DNA from: a virus
IMG/VR virus record: IMGVR_UViG_3300032213_001381
Span: 4,938 to 68,937 of that record
DNA: 64,000 nt
Reading direction: 5' to 3' (one strand)
The notes below the pieces were generated by a model that ran no database searches, had not been told where the DNA came from, and saw only the letters and a list, made by a program, of their open reading frames with translations. A program made the translations under genes and the position numbers. This document shows positions 28,707 through 39,744 of the stretch, piece after piece (the stretch's first letter is position 1; every line of letters begins with the position of its first letter).

Positions 28707-31700
28707 TTATTGATATAGAGGAAAAAATCGTCTGCCACTTCCTTCAACATATACAGGTGCCCATCCCCAAAATGTTTTACTTCCAATTCCACTTAAGTCT
28801 TGACTTGTACCACCACCATTAATTGTAAATATATAAGCATTTGGATCTGTTAATCCACCTCCTCCAATACCATAATCACCCTCACCTATTAAATAAAGAT
28901 TTGGTATTATCGTTTTATTTTCTAACCCTGGTGTTTTTAAATCCGATACGAATGCACTATATTTCTTTTCTGGATATAATGAGGATGTATTATTATAATA
29001 AATGAATGATAAAATCATTTCTTGTGCAGGAACCAATGTAATAGATCCAGATTCTTCTATTGATCCGCTACCAGGTCCATCAAATCCAGCCACTCCTGCC
29101 CATTGAATCAATTCATATGGATAAAAATTAATTGTAGTATTATTACTTCCAGATGATACTAATCTAATACTAAAAGATCCAGAATCAGTTGATGAACTGA
29201 TATGTACATTCAAATTATTAAGTGTATGTAAATGCCAAAAAGAATAATCTGAAGAACATGTAATTGATGATGTTGATCCGCTAAAATATGAAGAAGTAAA
29301 TGAAAATTCACCTTGACCTGCTGGACCAGATGGTGATGGTACCCAAACTGTGTCAAAATCTGTAGGACTATTTTTTGCTAGTATATAAGATGATGCTCCA
29401 CCAGTTGGTATTCCATTATTAGCATAACTAGCACTTAATGCGTAACTAGCACTCAGTGCATAACTGGAACTCACCGTATAACTAGCAGTAATTGCTCTTG
29501 ATGCAGTTACTGCCCAAGAAGCGGTTCCGTATAAACTAGATGTAACATTATATGCATATAAAGATCCCGTAATTATTATAGAACCTGTAACATATCCACT
29601 TCCAGTAAATGGAAATCCATTTCCAGAACCACCAGCACTCGCACTAATAGTTACTATCGGACCAGATCCACTTACTATAGTTATTCCTGGTCCACCAATT
29701 ATAGAAGTAATATTACCACCACCACTTCCAGATATAATACTGCCTGATGCAACCGCACTAGAAGTCATTACACACACCTGTTTAGAATTATCATCCCAAG
29801 TTAAGAAATATTTAAATGGTGCAGGTGTATCACTCTTACAAGGATTTTTCCAAAAAATACTACTAGTAACATTTAAAATATCTACACTTACTACAGCACT
29901 ACTTCCAATATCTGGAGGCGCACTACTACCAGATGGGTCAAAAACTTGAACAGTTCTTAAATTTGTATAGGAAAGATTTGAATTGACATCATATAATTCA
30001 GATTTTATTTCAAATACTTCATTCGCTACATTTACTGGGAACGGAACTTTTACATAATACGAATTTCCAGTATAACCATACAATTCGGATACCTTTATTG
30101 ACAAATCCGAAACAATTATTTGTTTGACATTTTCAGGATAAACAACTAAAGTTCCATAAAGGTCTTCAGGAAATTTAAATTCAAAATTTTGTTTTTGATC
30201 AAAATATTTACCAGTTGTACTTCCACTATAAGCAAATTCTGCAATTAATACACCACGATTTACATCATATCCTATATTTTTATTTACACTTGGTAATGAA
30301 CTTGTAATATAAAATTTTAATTTAGCCGTCGCAGATGAATCTTTTTCTATTACAGATGTTCTGAATGAAAACACATAATCTGTATCTTTATAAAAAGTCA
30401 AAAAGTTACTATCAAAATTGGATCCTGATTGTGCAGATTGTTCAGTTGCATTATAAGGTAAATAAGAAACATTTCTGTTTGTAAATGATGTGTTTGCTTT
30501 TACAATTGCATATGTACCATTTAGATTACTACCGGATATTTTTAAACCGTTTACAAAAGTTTGATTATCATATTTAAGACTTAAATCATTTGAACTCGTA
30601 AACCAGAAGTTATTAATATGAAATTGAGTAAAAAATACACCTAACCGTTCAAATGCTTTGTTTGGAGTAACAGGATCTCTTAATATTTCAGTATCGCCAA
30701 ATGTTTCATCAATTACTGATTCAAAATCACCAAGAGTTCTTAAACTTTTTCTATAAACTTTATGTTTAGCAGGCTTTCCAGTAAATGTATTAATGTTTTT
30801 ATAAATTATATTCGCATAAGAAAATTTCTTATATTGTTTTGCACCACTTAATCCTAATGATTCTTGTAAATAACTTGATGATAAAAATAAATTAGAATTA
30901 TATGTAATATCATTATAAATAACTTTATAATTTCCACTTGTAATTGTAGCAACTTTATTGTTATACGTAAATGGAGTATCTAAAATTAATGTAGTGGCAT
31001 TTAATACATCTTTGATTAAAAAAGAAGATGTGGTGTTGACACTAATTTCATTAAAACTAGCATAATCTCTAATTTTACTGACATATAATTGTACTTGGAA
31101 ATTTTTTAAACTTGAACTGAAGTTGGCAGAACTATCTATTATTCTATAATCAACTAAATTTTTTCTATATCCAAACTTTTGAATATCAAAATCCGCTTTA
31201 GGTTGTACTGCAGTTGATAAAAAATTACCTGTAATTGTTTTTGGATTGTTTTCTACAGAAGAAGATACTGCATAAGATAATATCGGTTCAACTTCAATTA
31301 ATGGTTGATTATAAAATCTTATTTTTGAATCCGTAATTTTATTGACATTTATATTTATATTTGCAGACCATCTTACTGTTTTGTTATCTACGGTTGTAGA
31401 AACTAAGATTATCTTTCCAGAACCAATTGAATTTTGTTCATAAACATAAATTGATAGTACTATAATTCTTTTCTTGGTTAATTGATCGGTACTAATAGCT
31501 TTTTCTATAAAAAGAGGTACACCATTACCATCAAATGCTTCTGTAAGTATTTCAGCACCAATTTTAAGTCTGTCACTTCCATTGATTACTAATGCATTTT
31601 TCCCCACAGAGAATTCTGGTGAAAACTCTGTGAGGTTAAAATATTCAGATAAGTATGTCTTATCTTCTATATTAACGGTTTGACTTGATAAACCTAAAAT

Positions 31701-31724
31701 TTGACCTGTCTTTATGCTGGGCAT
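28707..31724 (-). CDS. Large Ser/Gly-rich virion structural protein
   Basis: 1005 aa, beta-rich; SYALSASYA repeats and SGS-rich C-terminal third. Confidence 0.55.
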   Translation of the reverse strand: MPSIKTGQILGLSSQTVNIEDKTYLSEYFNLTEFSPEFSVGKNALVINGSDRLKIGAEILTEAFDGNGVPLFIEKAISTDQLTKKRIIVLSIYVYEQNSIGSGKIILVSTTVDNKTVRWSANININVNKITDSKIRFYNQPLIEVEPILSYAVSSSVENNPKTITGNFLSTAVQPKADFDIQKFGYRKNLVDYRIIDSSANFSSSLKNFQVQLYVSKIRDYASFNEISVNTTSSFLIKDVLNATTLILDTPFTYNNKVATITSGNYKVIYNDITYNSNLFLSSSYLQESLGLSGAKQYKKFSYANIIYKNINTFTGKPAKHKVYRKSLRTLGDFESVIDETFGDTEILRDPVTPNKAFERLGVFFTQFHINNFWFTSSNDLSLKYDNQTFVNGLKISGSNLNGTYAIVKANTSFTNRNVSYLPYNATEQSAQSGSNFDSNFLTFYKDTDYVFSFRTSVIEKDSSATAKLKFYITSSLPSVNKNIGYDVNRGVLIAEFAYSGSTTGKYFDQKQNFEFKFPEDLYGTLVVYPENVKQIIVSDLSIKVSELYGYTGNSYYVKVPFPVNVANEVFEIKSELYDVNSNLSYTNLRTVQVFDPSGSSAPPDIGSSAVVSVDILNVTSSIFWKNPCKSDTPAPFKYFLTWDDNSKQVCVMTSSAVASGSIISGSGGGNITSIIGGPGITIVSGSGPIVTISASAGGSGNGFPFTGSGYVTGSIIITGSLYAYNVTSSLYGTASWAVTASRAITASYTVSSSYALSASYALSASYANNGIPTGGASSYILAKNSPTDFDTVWVPSPSGPAGQGEFSFTSSYFSGSTSSITCSSDYSFWHLHTLNNLNVHISSSTDSGSFSIRLVSSGSNNTTINFYPYELIQWAGVAGFDGPGSGSIEESGSITLVPAQEMILSFIYYNNTSSLYPEKKYSAFVSDLKTPGLENKTIIPNLYLIGEGDYGIGGGGLTDPNAYIFTINGGGTSQDLSGIGSKTFWGWAPVYVEGSGRRFFPLYQ

Positions 31725-31752
31725 ATATACTATAAATATATATACCCATCAA

Positions 31753-34700
31753 TTATACATAATTAACTTTAGAGAACCCGTTTTCTTTCTTAATTTCAAG
31801 TCTATTGTCAACCATATCTCTCATACTGTCCAAATGACTAATAATCCACACGAAATCAAAATTAGTCTTTAAGAAAGCAAATAAAGCACCCATAGATGAC
31901 AAGTTATCGGCATCTGCACATCCAAATCCTTCATCTATAGCTATAAAATTGGGTCTTGGTAGATTGCTGATGTTAATTAACGCTACTCTCATAGCCAATG
32001 AACTAACAAATCGTTCCATACCACTAGCCAATTCTAGTGGCCAGCGTTTATCTTCATAATTAATATGTGTAGTTACATTTTTACCATCAGTCTGTAAGAT
32101 TACCGTAAATTCAACTATCTGGTTTAATATGTTATTAACTTCCTTTTCAATTGTTGGAAGAGCCTGACTAATCAATTCATATGGAATACCATCTCTAGAG
32201 ATAGCATTTGTATATAATTGATATGCTTCATATTCAACTTCAAGTACCTTTACATCTTCAATTGACTTTTGAATTGTTTTTCTTTGTTCTTCTAATCCAG
32301 AAATCTTGGTATTATAACTAATAATGTTATTGTTCACATTCTTAATTTCAAAATCAATTGTTTTGATATTAGACTTAATTACATCAATTGTTTCTTTAAT
32401 TGTCTTATTGAATTCAATCGCATCCTTGTTATTATAATATTCTTCAATCTGATTTTCAATATTAATAAGACTGTTCTGATCAGAACTAATCTTATTTGAT
32501 ATTTTTAGAATTTCATTATTTAATTTATTAATCTTGGATTGTGTTTCAACATGCAATTTATGCGTGTCATTATACTTTTTCCAATCATCTTTTATATAAG
32601 ACAATTCATTTACTTTATTTTTAAGGTTTGTATATTCCCCAACAAGATTTTGAGCTTCAACTTTGTCCGATTCAAGTTCTTCTCTTGTTTTAATTGCATC
32701 TTTAACGAATACATTGGTTGTACAAAAAGTACAATTTGGATCATACTTATGTTCTTCCAATTTCTTTAATTTCTGTAATTTGGATGTAACAACAATCTTT
32801 TTCTTTTCAATACCTTGTTCTTTTTGACTCAATGAACTTTCTAATTCCTTAAGTGAATCATACTTAGTTGTAATATCTTCAATATCATAATTCTTTATGA
32901 TTTCATCGTATTCCTTAAATGTAGATTCAATAGATGATAATTGATTTTTATAAGAATCTAAACTAGATGACTGTGTTGATATAGAATTACTCAATAAAAC
33001 TTTCTTTGATTCAAGAGATACAATATCAACAATGTTACCATTAACATTGATAATTTTCTTTGTTTCTTCCAAAAGTCTTTCATTTTCAGATTCTCTTTTA
33101 TCTGTTAATTTTTCTAAATTAACATTTTCATTTTTTAGCGAACCAGAAAAGTTCTCAATGTCAGAATTTAAATTCAATAACTTTTGAGTGTAATCAGTAT
33201 TTTTAAAGTTCTTCAATAATGAATTGATTTCTTTGGTTTTATCAGACGCATCATTATATAAACTATCAAATACGGTAAGTCCCATAAATTGAGCCAACAA
33301 ATCTTTTCTTTCTGTTTGACCCATATCTACAAATGAACCTACTTTGTTATTCTGAATACTCAATACAGTTAAAATAAAGTCATCATAAGTACCAACATAA
33401 TCACGAATGATGTCATTAGTACTTCTACGAGCTTCTCCATTAAGTTCAACTACTTTACCACTCTCTTCTTTCCAGAACTTAACATCTACTTTAACATTAC
33501 CTTTCTTATCTGCATTACCTTTTCTTTCAATAAAGAAATCTACACCATTAACTTCAAAATTAAACTTACAACGGAATGACATCTTTTGTGTATTAAGAAT
33601 ATGAGATGCCTTAAATGCTCTATCACATTTATCAAAAATACAAAAAGATAAAGCAGACAATATACTTGATTTACCAGATGCGTTATTAGCAAATAGTCCA
33701 ACTACATTATGCATTTTGGTAAAGTCAATAACATTTTCTTCACCATAACTAAACATATTATCAAATTCAAACTTCTTTGGTTTCCATCTGATATTTCTTA
33801 CAACAGATTCTTTTTCCAAAGTTGCATTTAAATCCTTATTGATTTTATAAATCTTATCAAGTGTATCTTTTGAAGGATTAAAATTCTTATTGTTAAGATA
33901 TTCTGTAATTAATTTATTTTGATAATCAACATCTGATACATCACTCAAATTAAAATTAGTATTATCAATGATATTGCTAGATGATGAATTTGGTGAATCT
34001 ACACGGACATAAGTCACTTCTGTAACATCAGATTTTTCTCTAATTGTTGACAATACAGATTTAACTTCAGTCGCAACACTTTCAAAGCATTTCAATCTCA
34101 ATCTTGCCTTTTTAGGCATATCAGAAATGTCAGTAAGCAATTTTCCTTTGCTTATTTCAGCTGTATAAAAACCATAATCATTTGGAATTTCAAAGTGTTT
34201 GAATACTTTGGTTTTTAAATCCCAGAATACAAATCCATGTCCTTTTAGTTCTTCTCCATGATTCTGTTGAATCAATGAACCTACATAGACAATGATTGGA
34301 TCAGATTGGCTTAAAACTTGATGTCTGTGAATATCACCCAACAATACAATATCATGACCGTCAAAAATTTCATTTGTAATGGTTCTACTCGCAACTTTAT
34401 ATCCTACATCAGTAATTGCATTATTTACTGGTCCATGAAATAGAGCAATCTTGTAACGGGTTTCATTTAGATAAATCTTTGGAATATCCTTGAACTTGAT
34501 ATACTTATCTGGTTCATCAAATACGCTATAATGATTAAATAGAATATCTCCAAGAATATAAAGACCTGAATCTTTTAGATAAAATAGATTTGTATGATTA
34601 ATCGCATCAACAATAGGACTTAGACTATCCAATCTATTTTTATTAGCCAAAGTAGCATCATGATTACCAGCGATTAATACGGTTGGTCTTCTGTCAGCAA

Positions 34701-34938
34701 GATTTTGTAGAAACTCTGTGGTGATCTTTACACATTCTGGTGAAAGATCACTCTTGGAATGTAAAACATCTCCTAAAACAGCAACTACAGTTTCTGCGGG
34801 TGTCCTTTCTACTGCTTTATACAATCTTTCAAATACTTGATTGTATTCATCGTGTCTTTTTGTAAGACGCAAATGAATATCAGCAATATGAAACACATTC
34901 TTGAACTCTTTTATATCCGATTTAAGATATTTTACCAT
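31753..34938 (-). CDS. Fused SbcD-SbcC (Mre11-Rad50, T4 gp47-gp46-like) recombination nuclease/ATPase
   Basis: Phosphoesterase HIADIH, GD, GNHD and GDIH; Walker A NNASGKSS; coiled coil with CTFC zinc hook; ASGMERF signature; IDEGFG Walker B; ISH. Confidence 0.92.
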   Translation of the reverse strand: MVKYLKSDIKEFKNVFHIADIHLRLTKRHDEYNQVFERLYKAVERTPAETVVAVLGDVLHSKSDLSPECVKITTEFLQNLADRRPTVLIAGNHDATLANKNRLDSLSPIVDAINHTNLFYLKDSGLYILGDILFNHYSVFDEPDKYIKFKDIPKIYLNETRYKIALFHGPVNNAITDVGYKVASRTITNEIFDGHDIVLLGDIHRHQVLSQSDPIIVYVGSLIQQNHGEELKGHGFVFWDLKTKVFKHFEIPNDYGFYTAEISKGKLLTDISDMPKKARLRLKCFESVATEVKSVLSTIREKSDVTEVTYVRVDSPNSSSSNIIDNTNFNLSDVSDVDYQNKLITEYLNNKNFNPSKDTLDKIYKINKDLNATLEKESVVRNIRWKPKKFEFDNMFSYGEENVIDFTKMHNVVGLFANNASGKSSILSALSFCIFDKCDRAFKASHILNTQKMSFRCKFNFEVNGVDFFIERKGNADKKGNVKVDVKFWKEESGKVVELNGEARRSTNDIIRDYVGTYDDFILTVLSIQNNKVGSFVDMGQTERKDLLAQFMGLTVFDSLYNDASDKTKEINSLLKNFKNTDYTQKLLNLNSDIENFSGSLKNENVNLEKLTDKRESENERLLEETKKIINVNGNIVDIVSLESKKVLLSNSISTQSSSLDSYKNQLSSIESTFKEYDEIIKNYDIEDITTKYDSLKELESSLSQKEQGIEKKKIVVTSKLQKLKKLEEHKYDPNCTFCTTNVFVKDAIKTREELESDKVEAQNLVGEYTNLKNKVNELSYIKDDWKKYNDTHKLHVETQSKINKLNNEILKISNKISSDQNSLINIENQIEEYYNNKDAIEFNKTIKETIDVIKSNIKTIDFEIKNVNNNIISYNTKISGLEEQRKTIQKSIEDVKVLEVEYEAYQLYTNAISRDGIPYELISQALPTIEKEVNNILNQIVEFTVILQTDGKNVTTHINYEDKRWPLELASGMERFVSSLAMRVALINISNLPRPNFIAIDEGFGCADADNLSSMGALFAFLKTNFDFVWIISHLDSMRDMVDNRLEIKKENGFSKVNYV

Positions 34939-34939
34939 A

Positions 34940-35893
34940 TTATATTCTTAGTTTTAACTTAAACAACTTTTCGAAATCCATAGTATCACAACTATCTATC
35001 ATTTGCCAAGTTTTTTCAAAACCTATTACACTTGGATCTTTACCATCTAACATTACTAGTTTTGTTGGAATACTATTTTTAATTAGAAATTCACATATTT
35101 TGATGGAATCTTTTATCGCATCATTGTCTAATAAAATATGTACCATCGGAACATCATTTTCTAATAATTTTAATTTTAACTGTTTGCTCATTGTCTTTCC
35201 AAACAATGGTATGCAGTTATTTTTAACTGCAATTGCATCAAATGGACCTTCAACCAAAGTAATCGGTTGTTCAAAGTTAATAAACAATTCAAACCCAATT
35301 ATATTCTTTGATGCTGAACAACTAACATATTTTAATCCTTTGGTTTCAAAAAAACTTCTAGCGGTGTAGAAATTTAATGTACCGTTACAATCATATGATG
35401 GTATAACTACTCTGTTTTTAAGATCGCCTTCTGTACAATATCCAATATTATATCTTACAATATCATTTTTAGTAATATTTCTAGATTTAAGATATTTTAC
35501 TGCATGTTTATATTCCAATTCGTTTATTGGTTCACTTATAGGTTTAAATTCTTTGGGTAATCTTACCAATTTTTGTTCTTCTGGTTCATCTTCAAATGAA
35601 ATAACAAAATCGGCAATCGGCTTTTTAGAAAACGATTTCTGACTTAATCCGATACATGTGTAATATTCACTGGGCGCATTTAGTTTCTTAAATAAAGTCT
35701 TGAAACTTGTTCCACTGAATCCACATACCCAACAATTATATTTTCCTGTATGTAAATTGATTTCTAGTTTTCTTTTATAATGTTTACAAGAAGGACAATG
35801 ATAAACTGCATCAGTTCCCTTACGAATCTTGGGAGTCTGATTCAACAGTTTATTTAAAACGGATACTATTGTCTCTTGATATAACAACATCAA
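34940..35893 (-). CDS. DNA primase (zinc finger plus TOPRIM)
   Basis: CPSC...CWVC zinc ribbon, RVVIP, LVEGPFDAI, LDNDA and KDPS. Confidence 0.85.
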   Translation of the reverse strand: MMLLYQETIVSVLNKLLNQTPKIRKGTDAVYHCPSCKHYKRKLEINLHTGKYNCWVCGFSGTSFKTLFKKLNAPSEYYTCIGLSQKSFSKKPIADFVISFEDEPEEQKLVRLPKEFKPISEPINELEYKHAVKYLKSRNITKNDIVRYNIGYCTEGDLKNRVVIPSYDCNGTLNFYTARSFFETKGLKYVSCSASKNIIGFELFINFEQPITLVEGPFDAIAVKNNCIPLFGKTMSKQLKLKLLENDVPMVHILLDNDAIKDSIKICEFLIKNSIPTKLVMLDGKDPSVIGFEKTWQMIDSCDTMDFEKLFKLKLRI

Positions 35894-35914
35894 TTATACT
35901 TTACAGTAAAACTT

Positions 35915-36577
35915 TTATTCTATCAACTTTTTATTTGGATCATTTTTAATCCACGGATTTTTATCTAATGCAACTGCAATCTTCATCAATTTGATCGGAT
36001 CAATTGGTTTTTCATCAACAACATCTTCGGATTTATCTTCGGAATTTTTGTTTTCATCTGATGTTTTATCATCATTTCCTTCGGTTTTTTGTTCCTTTTC
36101 TTCCTTTTTAACATCTTCGGGTGGAGTTGGTTGAATATCTTGTTGAATATTTTCTTGAGTATATGTTTGATGTTTTGGGATATAACCAATCGCATGTCTA
36201 GAAATTATTCCTTGCATCAAATATCTTTTATAATCATTGTACATGTCTCTATAATATTCAAATGCGTTATTAATATTTTCATATTCTGATTGAGTAATAT
36301 GAATACAAATACAATTATTTTTTTCTTTCCATTTGAATCCAGGAACATCCAATATCATACATGATACATTGATTAGCAAATCTCTTTCATTTTTATCATT
36401 TATAACGATGTAATAATTTTTAGTTTCTTCTGATATAGATAATTCACTATCGGATATATTATATTTTTGACATATCCGTTCTAACTTTTCTTTAGCCGCA
36501 TTTCTTTCACCACCATTACCTTTTTCGGCTAATGCTTTTATCTTTTTTGCTAATTCTAATATTTTGTTGCGGTTCAT
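35915..36577 (-). CDS. Hypothetical protein with a DUF2786-like N-terminal helical domain
   Basis: KIKALAEKGNGGERNAAKEKLERICQKYNI; start at MNRNK assumed (track start 36592). Confidence 0.5.
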   Translation of the reverse strand: MNRNKILELAKKIKALAEKGNGGERNAAKEKLERICQKYNISDSELSISEETKNYYIVINDKNERDLLINVSCMILDVPGFKWKEKNNCICIHITQSEYENINNAFEYYRDMYNDYKRYLMQGIISRHAIGYIPKHQTYTQENIQQDIQPTPPEDVKKEEKEQKTEGNDDKTSDENKNSEDKSEDVVDEKPIDPIKLMKIAVALDKNPWIKNDPNKKLIE

Positions 36578-37082
36578 CTTTGTATAATGCACATACTATA
36601 CCATCATACATATCACCGTTTCTTTCATCCCAATTACCCTTTTTATTAAGAACCGTAAATTTAACTACATCTGGACATAGTGATTCTAATTCAGATTTAA
36701 CAAAGTCTTTGGATTTGATGCCTTTAATTCTACATTTACCAAACAATTGTTTACGCATAGTGTTTACTGATAACAAATTTACCTTGACTTTAAAGTGTTC
36801 TTCAATAATATAAGCAAATACTGCATTATGCCGGGCTAATGTAATAATAACTTGTTGTGAAGTAAATCCACCAGCAAAACCGCTTAGAGCAGCTTCTAAA
36901 TTAATAACAGTAATATCTTTGATTAGTGGATTTTTCTCTAACTCTGATATAACAAAAAAAGTTTTTTCTTTTGTTGTCTCAAACTTTTTGGTATCAATAT
37001 AACCGGCATCTAAGACTTTTCCGTCTTTACTAAATGCCCAACCTGTAACTGATGTAGATGAATCTAAACCTAATATAAACAT
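36516..37082 (-). CDS. RuvC-like Holliday junction resolvase
   Basis: ILGLDSSTSVTGW, LE, and DMYDGIVCA acidic RNase H-fold residues. Confidence 0.8.
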   Translation of the reverse strand: MFILGLDSSTSVTGWAFSKDGKVLDAGYIDTKKFETTKEKTFFVISELEKNPLIKDITVINLEAALSGFAGGFTSQQVIITLARHNAVFAYIIEEHFKVKVNLLSVNTMRKQLFGKCRIKGIKSKDFVKSELESLCPDVVKFTVLNKKGNWDERNGDMYDGIVCALYKDEPQQNIRISKKDKSISRKR

Positions 37083-37103
37083 ATACTAATATATAGTATA
37101 TGT

Positions 37104-37400
37104 TTAACCTTTATATTTTTTATTATTAAATCCTTTTACCAATGAAGATAATTCTTTAGAAGTAGAATTTCTTCTATCAGGTACATCTGCCAAATCAGAC
37201 AATCCAAGTGGTTGTTTTACTCTAAATCCACCTTTATCAATAGTAAATTGTTGGCCTTTTGCAGACGGATTTGGGCCAGTTGTTATAGAATCTGGTTTGG
37301 TATTAATGTCTTTAGCATTAAATGCACCTCCTGAACTTTGAGATTGATATCTTTGTTCTAGACTCTTGTTTAAAGATTCTCTATTTACTGGTGTTGGCAT
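37104..37400 (-). CDS. Hypothetical protein
   Basis: 98-aa ORF preceded by the ATATTTATA motif. Confidence 0.6.
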   Translation of the reverse strand: MPTPVNRESLNKSLEQRYQSQSSGGAFNAKDINTKPDSITTGPNPSAKGQQFTIDKGGFRVKQPLGLSDLADVPDRRNSTSKELSSLVKGFNNKKYKG

Positions 37401-37428
37401 ATATTATACTTTCTTTTTATAAATATGT

Positions 37429-39744
37429 TTAAATATCCCATTTTACTAAAATATTTAATGGTAATTCACCAGTATTTTTAATTGGCATACCCAATTTAGC
37501 AACCGCAACCAAATCTGCACCACTATAAAGTCCAACTGTTGTAATATATGGAGCTAAATAAGAACCAGTTGAATCAATTGATGAACTATAATTAAATCCA
37601 AAAAATTGTTCTTTTATTGATTTACCACCAAACTTCCCAGTCTTTTCTTCAATATAACTTACAATTTGTTGTAAAGTTTTTCTGATAGACTTTGGTTCTA
37701 CATACTTAAATAATTCAGTTTGATTCAAATTATCATTGAAATATTTCCAAAGTATGTACATATCATTCAAATTAACTTTGTTATTACCATCAATATCAAA
37801 ATCATAATAATTTGAAGACAATGTTGAAATATAATTGGATGTGTAACTTGAAGAAATGTTATAGTTTACAGAATAAAGATTAAATAATGATTGTTCTTCA
37901 TTTGTAAATGTCATATAATCCCACCAATTATACGAGTTATTGATTTGATAGTTGATATACTTTAAAATTAAATCTAGGTCAGTAAAGTCAAAATATTTAT
38001 TACCGTCAATATCAAAATCAAATGTATTTGGAATCAACGATGTAGGATTTGTACTATAATTAAATTCTCCCGATTCAATTCTACAAAATACTTGTTTTTC
38101 ATATAGTTTAACGTTGCTCTTATATTCAATATCATATTTAGATTCCAAAGGATTGGAACGATTTTTTAATAAATTATCAAAAATAGAACCACTATTTGAT
38201 AAAATAATTTTGCCATCTCTATAAAATATATTTCCGATATGATAATTCGTTACAAGATCGTTCAGATTATAGATATATGAGTATCCATTAATAGTATCAT
38301 ATATAGAAGAGGTCATTTCATTTGGATCTACCAAGAATAATGGAGAACCAATAGATATAATATTATTTGTAATTGCAGAACTATAACCAAATGTAGAGTA
38401 TGGATATCCATATTGTTTTTTCTTGGTTACTACAGACTTAATTTCCCATAATGATGAAGATACGGATGAAGTATAGTAAACAAATTGACCCAAAGTATCA
38501 ATTATACTATCATTTGGATTACAATCAAATCTTTTATTAATTGTATTTTTGATGTAACTAGAACTAAATTGAATTATATCTTTTGTGCTTGTAGCAATTG
38601 CATTACCTTCGTAAATGTCAACTGAATATCCAAAATTGTTTGATTCCAATAAATTTTCATTCCCATATGATTTTTCCAACAAAAACCAATCAGTTTCTTC
38701 TGAACATTTTTTCCAAAAATAAACAGCTCCTCTGTTTCTTAAAACAGTAGAACCACTCCATTCATAATAATACATGTCATTTGGAGAACCTATTATGATT
38801 GTGTCTCCATAGATTGATACTGAATTTCCATAATTACTACCACTTGGTTGACTGCCTGGAAAGTATGGTTGGGTATCAATAAAATTCAATGATCCAGTAA
38901 TAGTTCTATCTTGATCCAATATATCATTTTGTTCCCATTGATTTGTGGATGTATTTAATTCATATACATAAACTGCACTACCAGTGGATTTATTACCAAC
39001 TACTATTCTATTTGATCCACTTGGATCAATTTTAACTACACTACCATAATAATAATCCGCAGGTAATCCGACAGGAGATAATGTTTGATAATGGGTCCAT
39101 ACACCAAGAGATTGAGTGTATATATAAGCCGAATTATTTTTACTTGATCCAACTACTAATTTGTTTTTATATATTGATACTGATTCACCAAATGTAGAAT
39201 ATTCTTTATTATCAAATGAATTTGTAATACTATATTTTGGATAATAAACCGTTCCAGAAATATAACTACTAGAATAATCAGATAAATCGTATATATCAAC
39301 ACAAGAGCCAGTATAAACTATAGAACCTGTAATCAATGAAAATCTATAATATGGACTTCCTATTACTACTACAGATCCAGATACGTCTACTGATACACCA
39401 TATGAATCATCATAAATAATAGGATTCCACCCTCCCAAATCAATTTCAATATTTAATCCTAAAACAGGAACGGATGATGTGTCAGCATTAATATATGTAG
39501 TATCAACACTACTAGTATCGGCAGATAAATAACCAGGAAAATCATCCGGATTTATATACTTATAAAATATAAAATTTGGGTTATATAAATCGGTACTTTT
39601 AGAATATTTAAAAATTTCAACCGATCCTTTATTGTTAAACACGAATGATCCAGATAAAAAAGATGTAGGATTACCAACTGCTATATAATCACCGTCAGCA
39701 GCAATTGAATATCCTGTTTTTAATTTATAAATTGGATCGGTCAT
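37429..39744 (-). CDS. Baseplate/fibre-associated protein with FG-GAP-like propeller repeats and paired EF-hand/dockerin-like motifs
   Basis: Repeated (F/Y)G.SV.I....I.VG(S/A)P units; DIDGNKYFDFTDL and DIDGNNKVNLNDM; C-terminal YITTVGLY...LVAVAKL. Confidence 0.6.
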   Translation of the reverse strand: MTDPIYKLKTGYSIAADGDYIAVGNPTSFLSGSFVFNNKGSVEIFKYSKSTDLYNPNFIFYKYINPDDFPGYLSADTSSVDTTYINADTSSVPVLGLNIEIDLGGWNPIIYDDSYGVSVDVSGSVVVIGSPYYRFSLITGSIVYTGSCVDIYDLSDYSSSYISGTVYYPKYSITNSFDNKEYSTFGESVSIYKNKLVVGSSKNNSAYIYTQSLGVWTHYQTLSPVGLPADYYYGSVVKIDPSGSNRIVVGNKSTGSAVYVYELNTSTNQWEQNDILDQDRTITGSLNFIDTQPYFPGSQPSGSNYGNSVSIYGDTIIIGSPNDMYYYEWSGSTVLRNRGAVYFWKKCSEETDWFLLEKSYGNENLLESNNFGYSVDIYEGNAIATSTKDIIQFSSSYIKNTINKRFDCNPNDSIIDTLGQFVYYTSSVSSSLWEIKSVVTKKKQYGYPYSTFGYSSAITNNIISIGSPLFLVDPNEMTSSIYDTINGYSYIYNLNDLVTNYHIGNIFYRDGKIILSNSGSIFDNLLKNRSNPLESKYDIEYKSNVKLYEKQVFCRIESGEFNYSTNPTSLIPNTFDFDIDGNKYFDFTDLDLILKYINYQINNSYNWWDYMTFTNEEQSLFNLYSVNYNISSSYTSNYISTLSSNYYDFDIDGNNKVNLNDMYILWKYFNDNLNQTELFKYVEPKSIRKTLQQIVSYIEEKTGKFGGKSIKEQFFGFNYSSSIDSTGSYLAPYITTVGLYSGADLVAVAKLGMPIKNTGELPLNILVKWDI

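Noticed and set aside
9092-34938. Introns or inteins in capsid, portal, terminase or SbcCD genes
   Set aside because: The ORFs are continuous and of plausible length, and I saw no intein-type C...HN or LAGLIDADG motifs.
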